Shown: positions 17,303 through 26,386 of the stretch, piece by piece
Numbering within the stretch: the stretch's first letter is position 1
Layout of the letters: each line of letters begins with the position of its first letter
Assembly: GCA_017546265.1 (NCBI GenBank)
Contig: JAFYXG010000011.1
Location: 221-64,220, forward strand
From: Alphaproteobacteria bacterium
Lineage (GTDB): Bacteria > Pseudomonadota > Alphaproteobacteria > Rs-D84
DNA length: 64,000 bases
Direction: 5' to 3'
Translations under genes and position numbers: made by a program
Notes under the pieces: generated by a model
The model's input: only the letters and a program-made list of their open reading frames with translations
What the model was told of the DNA's origin: nothing
The model's database searches: none

Positions 17303-19558
17303 ATGAGAAAATTATTAACCTGTTTTGTATCGTTAATGGTTGCCGCACCCGCCGTTGCGGCTGATGTTGTTGCATCGCGTGCATTACCGACCGCGGCGAC
17401 AACATCTGCCACGGTTGAAAAAACGGTTGAAAAAACGGTTGAAAAATCTGATGTTGCCCGCACGGTATCCCGCACGGCGGTATCGCGTTCTGTGCCGACC
17501 GTAAATACCATTGCACAATCCGAACATGGTGGAACAGATACTACACCAGTGGTGCGTTCTGCGGTTTCACGTGTATTTACTGGTGTTTCATCTGGTGCAC
17601 CAACAAAGTCTGAATCATCATCACGTGCCGGTGCGATTTCCCGTGCGGTCAGTGCGGCAAATAATTCTGATACATCCGCCCGTGGAAATTTGGATGCGGC
17701 TGTAAACACGGTTGGTCGCAATTCTCGCGTTTCCGCGGCCAGTATTAACAGTAATCCTGCTGTACGGCGTGCGGGGTTGGTTTTACGTCCTTCCACTGCC
17801 GAGGTTGGCGGACGTGCCACCATTGGTGATTCAGATGTTCAAACGGGGTCAAATATGGATGAGGCGGTTCGTAAAATAACATCACGTTCCGCGACCGAGG
17901 CTACACGTGAATCGATTGCCGATGCAACGGGTCGCCTGGAACAGACGGCTGCACTTAATAAATCATGCCAACAGCAGTATAATGACTGTATGGATCAGTT
18001 TTGTGCGGTATTGGATGCGAATCAAAAGCGTTGTTCCTGTTCGTCTAATTTATCGCGTTATACACGTGTAGAATCCGCCGTCAAAGATGCCAACACCCAA
18101 TTGAACGAGGTTGCTCAACGCATCCGCTATGTTGGTCTGTCTGCGGATGAAATCCGTGCCATTATGAACGAGACCGAAGCAGAACAAGCCCTAAGTGGTG
18201 CGGTTGACACATCGACCAATCGCAATATGCTGGACGCCATCGAAGACCTGATACGCGACCCTGTATCCAATACTTCCTATTCTGCGGATACGTACAGTTC
18301 ATTGGATTTGGACCTGGATTTTTCATCAGATGCCACAGACCTGTTTAACCTGGACCTGTTCAATCTGGGCAATAACGGCAGTTTTTCTAACCTGCGTGGT
18401 GCGGACCTGTACAATGCGGCCAAACGCCGTTGCAACACCATTTTGAACAGGTGCAAAGATGCGGGTGCCACCGCCCAACAGATAACAGGCAATTATGACC
18501 TGGCCATTGACAAAGACTGTGCGGCATACGAACAGGGGCTGACCAAGATGAATGAAACCCTGGTGTCCAACGTTCGCAGTGCTAATTTAATGTTGCAAAA
18601 GGCACGCCTGGCTGTATTGCAGAACAAAAACCAATACGATGCCAAGGGGTGTGTGGCGGCACTGGAAAATTGTATGAAGGACGACATGGTCTGTGGTGAC
18701 GATTACTTTAAATGCGTTGACCCGACCAAGGCATACATAGACGAAAATGGCGAAGTTATATTGGGGAAAAATATTTCGAACATTACCGCATTTATGGACA
18801 GTTATAATAATGCAGCAATTAACGATGATTATCTGGATGCAATCTACAAAGGTCAATCTATTACAGAGGAAAATTGCGAGGCAGATTCATCTATCAGTGT
18901 TTCTGGTCAGGCTGCCAAGGCGGGCGGAAAAGATGGTTCTTGTATGGTGAAATATTTGTTGCAAAAAATTGGTACCGGGCAAAAAGTTACAGACGAAGGT
19001 CTTTGCCGTGCCGTTTTGGATAAGTGCCAGCGTTATACATATAACGATTCCAAATATGATCCATATAATGACATTGTTGTAAATTATATCCAGCGTGCTA
19101 TGGTAAACATCCGTGCGGCCCAGTATAATATTATATCGGACTATGCATCGACCTGTATGGTTGACATTGCCAATTGCTATAACCAACAGGTGACCCAGGT
19201 AAACTCTTGGTCATCAAATGCCAGTGTGTCCAGTATTTATAACGTAATGCGTGGTGCGTGCCGCAACGTTGCATTAACCTGTGCCTATGCGGTATTTAAC
19301 AAAGCTGCAGACAACGATCTTTGTTCCGATGATGATGATTGTATAAACGATATATCCAACATGTTCTATCAGTCATTATTGTGCCCAGACAACTCGACAT
19401 ACCAGGCCAGCAACTGTACTGATACGGGTAATGGCAAAACATGTGTAAACGAACGTTGCAAATGCAATACCGGGTACGAGGCATGGGGAACTGCGTGTTT
19501 ATTAAAGTGTGCAAGTGGTGAAGTACGTAATTCGTACGGTACATGCCAAAATGAATAA
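17303..19558 (+). CDS. secreted Cys-rich protein, paralog 2 (751 aa), function unknown
   Basis: Signal peptide MRKLLTCFVSLMVAAPAVAA, VEKT repeats, an R/S/V/A low-complexity region, the conserved Cys motif, and an EGF-like C-terminal signature. Extended -10 TGATATAAT at 17280-17288. Confidence 0.8.
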   Translation: MRKLLTCFVSLMVAAPAVAADVVASRALPTAATTSATVEKTVEKTVEKSDVARTVSRTAVSRSVPTVNTIAQSEHGGTDTTPVVRSAVSRVFTGVSSGAPTKSESSSRAGAISRAVSAANNSDTSARGNLDAAVNTVGRNSRVSAASINSNPAVRRAGLVLRPSTAEVGGRATIGDSDVQTGSNMDEAVRKITSRSATEATRESIADATGRLEQTAALNKSCQQQYNDCMDQFCAVLDANQKRCSCSSNLSRYTRVESAVKDANTQLNEVAQRIRYVGLSADEIRAIMNETEAEQALSGAVDTSTNRNMLDAIEDLIRDPVSNTSYSADTYSSLDLDLDFSSDATDLFNLDLFNLGNNGSFSNLRGADLYNAAKRRCNTILNRCKDAGATAQQITGNYDLAIDKDCAAYEQGLTKMNETLVSNVRSANLMLQKARLAVLQNKNQYDAKGCVAALENCMKDDMVCGDDYFKCVDPTKAYIDENGEVILGKNISNITAFMDSYNNAAINDDYLDAIYKGQSITEENCEADSSISVSGQAAKAGGKDGSCMVKYLLQKIGTGQKVTDEGLCRAVLDKCQRYTYNDSKYDPYNDIVVNYIQRAMVNIRAAQYNIISDYASTCMVDIANCYNQQVTQVNSWSSNASVSSIYNVMRGACRNVALTCAYAVFNKAADNDLCSDDDDCINDISNMFYQSLLCPDNSTYQASNCTDTGNGKTCVNERCKCNTGYEAWGTACLLKCASGEVRNSYGTCQNE
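17411..17446 (+). repeat. 3 perfect tandem copies of a 12-nt unit (ACGGTTGAAAAA) inside the CDS
   Basis: Encodes (T)VEK x3 and is in frame. A second near-perfect 2 x 15-nt repeat (DLFNL DLFNL) lies at 18338-18367. Confidence 0.9.
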
Positions 19559-19581
19559 AATCCCCAAAATGGGGATTTTTT
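19557..19581. terminator. bidirectional terminator
   Basis: AAAATCCCC / GGGGATTTT hairpin between convergent genes. Confidence 0.65.
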
Positions 19582-20257
19582 ACTTCAAAATTTTTTCCAT
19601 AAATTTCTGATGGTTTTCCAGTTCGTCTGGTTTTGGTTCAAACTTTCTGTATGGAAAATCCGCACCAATCTTTGGGTGGTTCAGCATGGCGGCATGCTGT
19701 TTTTCTATAACCTGGTTTATATCTGGGGCGGGTTCAGTATTTTCCAATTCCAAATAAACCTTGGCCAGAATTTCCGAGTCAATTAACGCCCCGTGTGCAT
19801 CCGCACGTGCGGTCAGTGATATACCATACCACTTTGCCAACGCGTCCAGTGTATAACTTTTTGGTCCGAACACCCGATTACGTGCAATGACCAGGGTATC
19901 CAACTGTTGTTCGCGTGGGATTATATTCAGGTTCAGTTTTTGCAATTCGTGATTCACGAATGGAAAGTCAAAGTCCAATCCATTATGTGCAACAACATGG
20001 CTGTCACCGATGTACGCCAAGAACCGTGGTGCGATTTCGGACATTTTTGGTTTGTCTTCCAGAAACGCATTTGAAATTTTATGAACCATATATGTATCTG
20101 GTGGGATAATTTTACCTTCTGGGTTAATGTATTCATGGAAAGAGTTATCAGTAATTTTTCCATCCACAATTTCCACAGCACCGATTTCGATAACCCTGTC
20201 GCCATGCATGTAATCGAACCCGGTTGTTTCAATGTCAAAGCAAATAACACGTTTCAT
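19580..20257 (-). CDS. dnaQ: DNA polymerase III epsilon subunit (3'-5' exonuclease)
   Basis: Exo motifs FDIETTG, HNGLDFDFPF and HGALIDSEILAKVY. Confidence 0.9.
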   Translation of the reverse strand: MKRVICFDIETTGFDYMHGDRVIEIGAVEIVDGKITDNSFHEYINPEGKIIPPDTYMVHKISNAFLEDKPKMSEIAPRFLAYIGDSHVVAHNGLDFDFPFVNHELQKLNLNIIPREQQLDTLVIARNRVFGPKSYTLDALAKWYGISLTARADAHGALIDSEILAKVYLELENTEPAPDINQVIEKQHAAMLNHPKIGADFPYRKFEPKPDELENHQKFMEKILK

Positions 20258-20310
20258 AACAGTTTTTCTCTATTCTTGATAATAAATGTTTGTGGTATTA
20301 TAATGGAACG

Positions 20311-22314
20311 ATGACCACAATGCTAGAAAATCTTAACAACGAACAGCGACTGGCGGTTGAAACCACGGATGGGCCATTGTTGGTATTGTCTGGGGCGGGC
20401 ACGGGCAAGACGCGAGTATTAACCACCCGTATTGCATATATATTAAATTCGCATTTGGCGATGCCATGGAACGTATTGGCATTAACCTTTACGAACAAGG
20501 CAGCCAAAGAAATGCAGGCTCGTCTGATGGATTTATCAAATGGCGACTGGGATTCGCGTGATATATGGTGTGGAACGTTTCATTCTATGTGTCTGCGTAT
20601 ATTGCGTTCAAATGCACCCTTGGTTGGCTTGCAACGCAACTTTATCGTATATAACGAAGACGACCAAAAGTCCGTTATAAAATCATTATTAAGTGTATCC
20701 ACCAAAAGTCCTGCCGACTATGTAGAAGAGTTTGCCAAGATAAAGGATGGGGGGCTGTCAGCATTAAAATATCATGATAAATTATACGATGCCTATAATG
20801 CCGAATTATTGCGATTAAACGCGGTTGATTTTGGTGATATTATCCTGCACGTGCTAAGGCTGTTTGACGCACATCCTGACGTCCTGTCGCGATATCAGAA
20901 TCAGTTTAAGTATATTCTGGTTGATGAGTTTCAGGATACCAACAATGCCCAAATGGAATTATTAAAATTTTTAACACGTGACATTGCTGTACCGAATATA
21001 TGCTGTGTTGGTGATGATGACCAGTCTATCTATTCATGGCGAGGTGCCGAGATTCGGCATATCCTGAATTTCGAGCAGACATTTAATGATGCCCAAATAA
21101 TTCGTCTGGAAACGAACTATCGCAGTACATCAAACATATTGAACGCGGCCAATTCACTGATACGACATAATCGTGGGCGATTGGGCAAAGATTTGCGTGC
21201 GGCCGTTGGTAATGACGGGGGCGAACCTGTTTATATCTTAACACTGCCGACCGACCGGGACGAGTCGCGTATTATCGCCGATGCGATTATGCGAAATGAA
21301 ACGCAAGACTTTTCGAACATTGCGGTTTTGATTCGCAGTGGTGGTCTGTCGCGTATATTTGAAGAAGAGTTTTCATCACGTGGCATACCGTATCGCTTGA
21401 TTGGTGCGACCAAGTTCTATGACCGCATGGAAATACGTGATGTGATTGCATATTTGCGATTATTGGTTCATCCATTTGATGACGTTTCTTTTTTGCGTAT
21501 TATTGGCAAGCCGCGGCGTGGTTTTGGTACTAAATCTATCGAGGGTCTTCGTTCATCAGGCTTGCATCTGATGGATGCGTTGCGTACAGCGGCTTTGTCA
21601 CCGAAAATGCGTTCCGCTGCGGACCAGTTTTTATCTGCATTTGAATTTGACTGGGCATCTATGCCACCGCGTGAAGCGGCCAATACTTTGTTGGAGCACA
21701 GTGGTTATATGAAAATGTGGGCGGATTCCAAAGATGCGGATGCTCCTGAACGAATATCAAATATTCGTGAATTATTATCGTCTGTGATTGCACGGTATGA
21801 TACTTTAGAGGATTTTTTGGAACATGCGGCCTTGATGATGACGGACGATGATGATGCGTCTGAGACTAGCCAGAATAATAACGGGGTTCGTATAATGACG
21901 ATACATGCGGCCAAGGGGTTAGAGTTTGATACAGTATTTCTTCCTGCCTGGGAAGAGGGTATCTTTCCCAACGAGAAATCTATTGCCGATGGTTCTGTAG
22001 AAGAGGAACGCCGTTTGGCTTATGTTGCAATAACTCGTGCTCGCAGTCGTTGCGTGATATCAAATTCTATGTCTCGTGTAATGTATGGTTCGCGTCAATA
22101 CAATTCCCCTAGTCGTTTTATAACTGAAATGGACAATCGCTTTTTGGATTTCCAGGGGGGCACGCCGCGGCAATCATATTCATACGCATACGGCAATAAA
22201 ATACCGCGTTCGTATGATGCTTCACGCCCAAGAAAGCAATCGGCATCACATTCGGAATCGTATGTTGGGAAATTGGTATCACACAGTGAATTGGGTGGCG
22301 GTGTTGTAATTTAA
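20311..22314 (+). CDS. uvrD: UvrD/Rep/PcrA-family SF1 DNA helicase, C-terminally truncated by an in-frame TAA
   Basis: Motifs GAGTGKT, LVDEFQDTN, TIHAAKGLEF and VAITRA. ATG 20311 preferred over TTG 20290. Confidence 0.9.
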   Translation: MTTMLENLNNEQRLAVETTDGPLLVLSGAGTGKTRVLTTRIAYILNSHLAMPWNVLALTFTNKAAKEMQARLMDLSNGDWDSRDIWCGTFHSMCLRILRSNAPLVGLQRNFIVYNEDDQKSVIKSLLSVSTKSPADYVEEFAKIKDGGLSALKYHDKLYDAYNAELLRLNAVDFGDIILHVLRLFDAHPDVLSRYQNQFKYILVDEFQDTNNAQMELLKFLTRDIAVPNICCVGDDDQSIYSWRGAEIRHILNFEQTFNDAQIIRLETNYRSTSNILNAANSLIRHNRGRLGKDLRAAVGNDGGEPVYILTLPTDRDESRIIADAIMRNETQDFSNIAVLIRSGGLSRIFEEEFSSRGIPYRLIGATKFYDRMEIRDVIAYLRLLVHPFDDVSFLRIIGKPRRGFGTKSIEGLRSSGLHLMDALRTAALSPKMRSAADQFLSAFEFDWASMPPREAANTLLEHSGYMKMWADSKDADAPERISNIRELLSSVIARYDTLEDFLEHAALMMTDDDDASETSQNNNGVRIMTIHAAKGLEFDTVFLPAWEEGIFPNEKSIADGSVEEERRLAYVAITRARSRCVISNSMSRVMYGSRQYNSPSRFITEMDNRFLDFQGGTPRQSYSYAYGNKIPRSYDASRPRKQSASHSESYVGKLVSHSELGGGVVI

Positions 22315-22398
22315 GATAATGGTTCTATATTGACGATTGCGTTTAAAAATCGCGGCATAAAAAAGGTTGGCCGTGAATACGTTACAATTACTGGCTAG
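22315..22398 (+). other. in-frame continuation of the helicase reading frame after TAA 22312-22314
   Basis: The same frame reads DNGSILTIAFKNRGIKKVGREYVTITG, then TAG at 22396-22398. This resembles the conserved UvrD C-terminal ...VAF...GIK.L... block. Confidence 0.6.
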
Positions 22399-22425
22399 GC
22401 AATAAAACACCCTGTTTGTGTTGTT

Positions 22426-23712
22426 TTATTTTGAACCGATAATTTTTGCCCACGATTTTGCGGTGGCTTGTGTTTTCTTCCACAATGTTTTTATATCAGA
22501 TTTTAATGTTTCGCCCATTTTGGTGTCGATGCTGCCGCCCAGTTCGGTTGCGAATTTTATTGCATTTTTCGCCAGGTACATCGTTATCGCCACCACCAGG
22601 ATTGTGACAAAGAATCCTGGGCTGTCGAATTCGGGCAGCCCGTTTGCATTACCAAAGTCCACAATTCCACCCAACAGTGCTGCACAGATTGCGATTACAA
22701 CGCTTAAAACGATAAAATGTAGTGCTGCGTTAATAAACCGTGATATCTGCGATTGCAGAGATTCTGCCTTAAATATTCCCATGAACCCATTGAATATGTC
22801 GCCTGCGATTCCTTTGTATGATGTTTTGCCTATTGTTTCCGCCAGTGCCGTAAATGGCAGCATAATAATCCCCAGGAACAGATCAGCAATCACACCGAAC
22901 GCAATAAAAGCGAACCGCCAACTAAGCATTATAAAGCATATAATCAACGTTACTCCACATGCAAATCCAAAGACACTGTTCCCAATTGACAGTCCAATCC
23001 ATTTCCACCCCAGTGCCACCGCCGTATAGCAAAATCCTGCTAACCGTGTAGGTACACACATAATATCTGCGGCATGTTCCGGGTTTATCAGATTTTCTGG
23101 TGAAATATGATTTGCGGCATATTCGCGAATTGCCCCGCACGTATCGGGCAGGTTTATTCCAGCAGTTTGTGTAATTGCGTTCAATATGGCATCAGAAATT
23201 GCTGTTCCAATCAGCAGGATTGGTGACATAACCATCATAAATGTCTTGGCGGGGCCAATCATCAGCACACCTGTCCACAGTGCGACCATTACACCCTTTT
23301 TAACGATTTCTTTTATTTTATCTTCGGGTTTACTTTTTCCGATAATAATTGTGTACGCTTCGAATCCAATCCAGAAAGCATACGCAATAATGATAAACAG
23401 AATCACGAACCGCACCAGCGAAGTATCCAACACATGTGCAACAAACGAAAACGCATTCATGAATGCCAGTCCGATTTTTGCTTCGACCGGGACAAAGTCA
23501 GGAACGATTTGTTGTTGTTCTGTAAAATAGTTTACGTCTCCGGCCATTTTTTCAACAAATCGTTTATGGTTGTTTTCTGTTGCCCATGTTCCGAATTCGC
23601 CTACATCCGCCATTGGCAGATTAGATTCCGTGGCAAAGGCAGGTGCAATCAAACATATTGCCAAAATTGCAACCAGAATTTTCGATAAAAATTTCTTTAA
23701 CTGCCCTATCAT
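22426..23712 (-). CDS. polytopic membrane protein, VirB6/TrbL-like paralog (4th in operon, 428 aa; family assignment tentative)
   Basis: Signal peptide, a hydrophobic N-terminal helix pair, a hydrophilic loop of about 100 aa, a cluster of TM helices and a Lys-rich tail with LW (KTLWKK). Its start overlaps the upstream stop by 4 nt. Confidence 0.7.
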   Translation of the reverse strand: MIGQLKKFLSKILVAILAICLIAPAFATESNLPMADVGEFGTWATENNHKRFVEKMAGDVNYFTEQQQIVPDFVPVEAKIGLAFMNAFSFVAHVLDTSLVRFVILFIIIAYAFWIGFEAYTIIIGKSKPEDKIKEIVKKGVMVALWTGVLMIGPAKTFMMVMSPILLIGTAISDAILNAITQTAGINLPDTCGAIREYAANHISPENLINPEHAADIMCVPTRLAGFCYTAVALGWKWIGLSIGNSVFGFACGVTLIICFIMLSWRFAFIAFGVIADLFLGIIMLPFTALAETIGKTSYKGIAGDIFNGFMGIFKAESLQSQISRFINAALHFIVLSVVIAICAALLGGIVDFGNANGLPEFDSPGFFVTILVVAITMYLAKNAIKFATELGGSIDTKMGETLKSDIKTLWKKTQATAKSWAKIIGSK

Positions 23713-25196
23713 TTCTTTTCCATAGCCTTGGTAATTTTTTCAGTGATTTGTACAGGCAGGTGCCATATTTTTTGTCCCAGGTCATGCACCCATGCACCAA
23801 AGTCAAATTGTTCACCGGTTCCGACATTTGCACCTTCGCCCGGGATTGGTAATTTGATTGTCCCGGCTGGTAACAGTTTATCTATTTTTGGGCTGATTGC
23901 GTAATAGTACAACATGAACAAACATGCCATCATCAGCATAAAGTCCCACCCATCTTTCATAAAGTCAAATGCACCTGGGTATTGTCTTTCTACTTCTGCT
24001 TTGCGTGCGGTAAAACATTGTTTGAATATGTCTTTGTTCATTTGACCGTCTGCCAACGCGACCTGTTCGCACGTTGCAAACACATTCATAACGGACAGCG
24101 TTTGTGCGTCTGGGTTTTGTACGGTCTGTCCCATCATTGGGGGCAAGATTGCACTGTATCCATCATTTGGTCCGGGCATAAATGTATCTGCGGTATATGA
24201 TACGGTTGCATATATGATAATAACCTTTAATGTAATTGCGACAATTCTGACAGCGGACGATATCAGCATACCGATAGCCTTGCTGACCAGTCCGCTGGCC
24301 TTTGCCCAGATACTTTCAAATGCGGTTGCCGCCAACAGCAGTGGCAGAAATATAATCAGGAAAACCAACTTAAATACAACGGACAGGATTTGAAAGAACA
24401 AATCAAAACCGATAATAAGGAACATTATCACCAACGCCAATCCGGCCACCCATGTTAATGCACCGCCTCCCATATCCATCCATGCAAAATTCATCATTGC
24501 AAATCCGCCTGCGGCCCCGGCCAGCATAACACTGTTGATATTTCCCATAACGCACATAAATGGTTTCATAATAGGGTTTAAAATATCTTCTGTGTTTGTT
24601 TCGCCAATTGCCCCCAGTGCATCACATTGTGCTGCGTCCCCAACGCCAGTTGCCATCATGGACAGTTCTGCCCCCGTGTACAGTACGGGCGTAATAGTTA
24701 TCTGGGAAACGGTTTTCAGTGCGGTTGTTCCTCCCATACCCAATGCTCCCATCAGGATTCCGACAACAAATATTCTGGTTGCGGGTTTCCACAATTTTTC
24801 CAGCCACGGTTTAAATTCTATTTTATGTTCCTTTGGGTCCAGTGTTGCAGTTTTTTTTGCGTGTTCAAAGAAGTATTGTATGGTGTGGATCAGGATAAAT
24901 ACACCAAATCCAATAATCATCAGTATCCACAAATTATTGACCATCAGCCCCCAGAATTTTTCCGTTGCCCCCCCAATTACCCCGAACAGGTCTGCGACAT
25001 ACCGGCACAGGAAACACCCGTTAGCGGATGCGATGTTACCATTTTCCACCCCAACTGCGGTCAGAAAGTTATTCATGCTGGTATATGTTATTGCTCCTCC
25101 GCCAATAGATGCGGAAATATACCAAATACCGATACCCAATGCGGCCAGAATCATAATAACACGAACGGCGATTAAAATCAGTTTTGCCTTTAACAT
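23709..25196 (-). CDS. polytopic membrane protein, VirB6/TrbL-like paralog (3rd in operon, 495 aa; tentative)
   Basis: N-terminal block NGCFLCRYVADLFGVIGG, a TM cluster and a Lys-rich tail. Its start overlaps the upstream stop by 1 nt. Confidence 0.7.
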   Translation of the reverse strand: MLKAKLILIAVRVIMILAALGIGIWYISASIGGGAITYTSMNNFLTAVGVENGNIASANGCFLCRYVADLFGVIGGATEKFWGLMVNNLWILMIIGFGVFILIHTIQYFFEHAKKTATLDPKEHKIEFKPWLEKLWKPATRIFVVGILMGALGMGGTTALKTVSQITITPVLYTGAELSMMATGVGDAAQCDALGAIGETNTEDILNPIMKPFMCVMGNINSVMLAGAAGGFAMMNFAWMDMGGGALTWVAGLALVIMFLIIGFDLFFQILSVVFKLVFLIIFLPLLLAATAFESIWAKASGLVSKAIGMLISSAVRIVAITLKVIIIYATVSYTADTFMPGPNDGYSAILPPMMGQTVQNPDAQTLSVMNVFATCEQVALADGQMNKDIFKQCFTARKAEVERQYPGAFDFMKDGWDFMLMMACLFMLYYYAISPKIDKLLPAGTIKLPIPGEGANVGTGEQFDFGAWVHDLGQKIWHLPVQITEKITKAMEKK

Positions 25197-26386
25197 TATT
25201 TACCGTCCTTTTTATCGCCACCTGAAATAATTGTTTTTCCCACTTTGACTGCTGCATCGAACGCATCCTTGGCCAAGGTTAAAACATCATTCGCCAATTG
25301 TTCACCCATATCCTTTTTCTCGGCAACATCAAACGCGGCCAGGAACATTTTAGAAATCTGAGGTATTTGTCCCTGGATAAAGTTCAAAACATATACCAGA
25401 ACAATTGCACTCATCAGTGTCATTGACTGCAAGTTTTCTGTGTTTAAATCACCTTCGAATATTTGACCAGTGGTTATAGCGGTCATTAAATCTGCGGCCG
25501 ATGCATCTGGTGCGGAAAAGAACTTTGCGATGATTACCATGATAATGGTATAAGTCAGAACGACCGACCCCAGTGTTACAATTGCGGTAATCGGGTTTTT
25601 AAATTGGTTCACACCAACACCGGATCCCAGTTTTCCAATCCAGGCGGGTACGTGTTCTGCCCCCTTAAATGCGAATGCAACCAGCGATATCGGAAAGAAG
25701 AACGCAAAGAAAGCCATCGCCACAATTGCATCCAGGAAATAGCAACAATATCTGAAAAATAACTTAAAGAAACCCCATGCCAGATACAAACCAATCATAA
25801 ACAAAATAATATGTTTAATCAGTGTTCCAACTCCCAGCAGTGCACGCCATGAAAATGCCTTGTCCATCATTGCGATGCCCAGTTCTATATATGCCTGGAA
25901 TTGAGTGATGGTTGTCTTCATCAACAATATAATTTTATCACGCAGTTCTGGTCTGTAGAAACCGTCATCGCTCATTTCTTCTGGTTGGTATGTGACTTTT
26001 TCTTCGACCGCGTCTGTATCCATTTTTGTAATGGCCTGGGTGTATGTCAGTGTTATTTGTGCTACGGGCTCGAATGTAACAGTTGTTATAACGCGTGGCA
26101 ACATAACACCCATACCCATCAGCGCGATTGCAATAATTCCGTTTATAAAGACTTTTTGTATAGATTTTTCATACAGTGTATCTGCAAAGTTATTTTGAAA
26201 GTTTTTCCAAATTGCATTTACCATAAATACAGCGAACAGAAACACAAACAGTATTACGCATATTTGGCTGAAGTATCCGTAAATGTTTGCCGCCGCCATA
26301 GACACGATTTGAAACAGTCTGTCAAACACCCCACAGCCCCAACACTGCACAGTATTTTCCACCAAAGATGATGTCCACTGGTTCAT
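25196..26386 (-). CDS. polytopic membrane protein, VirB6/TrbL-like paralog (2nd in operon, 396 aa; tentative)
   Basis: N-terminal block CWGCGVFDRLFQIVSMAA, a TM cluster and a Lys-rich tail. ATGA overlap with the upstream gene. Confidence 0.7.
   Translation of the reverse strand: MNQWTSSLVENTVQCWGCGVFDRLFQIVSMAAANIYGYFSQICVILFVFLFAVFMVNAIWKNFQNNFADTLYEKSIQKVFINGIIAIALMGMGVMLPRVITTVTFEPVAQITLTYTQAITKMDTDAVEEKVTYQPEEMSDDGFYRPELRDKIILLMKTTITQFQAYIELGIAMMDKAFSWRALLGVGTLIKHIILFMIGLYLAWGFFKLFFRYCCYFLDAIVAMAFFAFFFPISLVAFAFKGAEHVPAWIGKLGSGVGVNQFKNPITAIVTLGSVVLTYTIIMVIIAKFFSAPDASAADLMTAITTGQIFEGDLNTENLQSMTLMSAIVLVYVLNFIQGQIPQISKMFLAAFDVAEKKDMGEQLANDVLTLAKDAFDAAVKVGKTIISGGDKKDGK

Noticed and set aside
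22418-23029. 203-aa plus-strand ORF (and 24535-25230, 24627-25175, 25901-26371) opposite the VirB6-like genes
   Set aside because: They are antisense to translationally coupled membrane-protein genes. Their translations lack coherent features.
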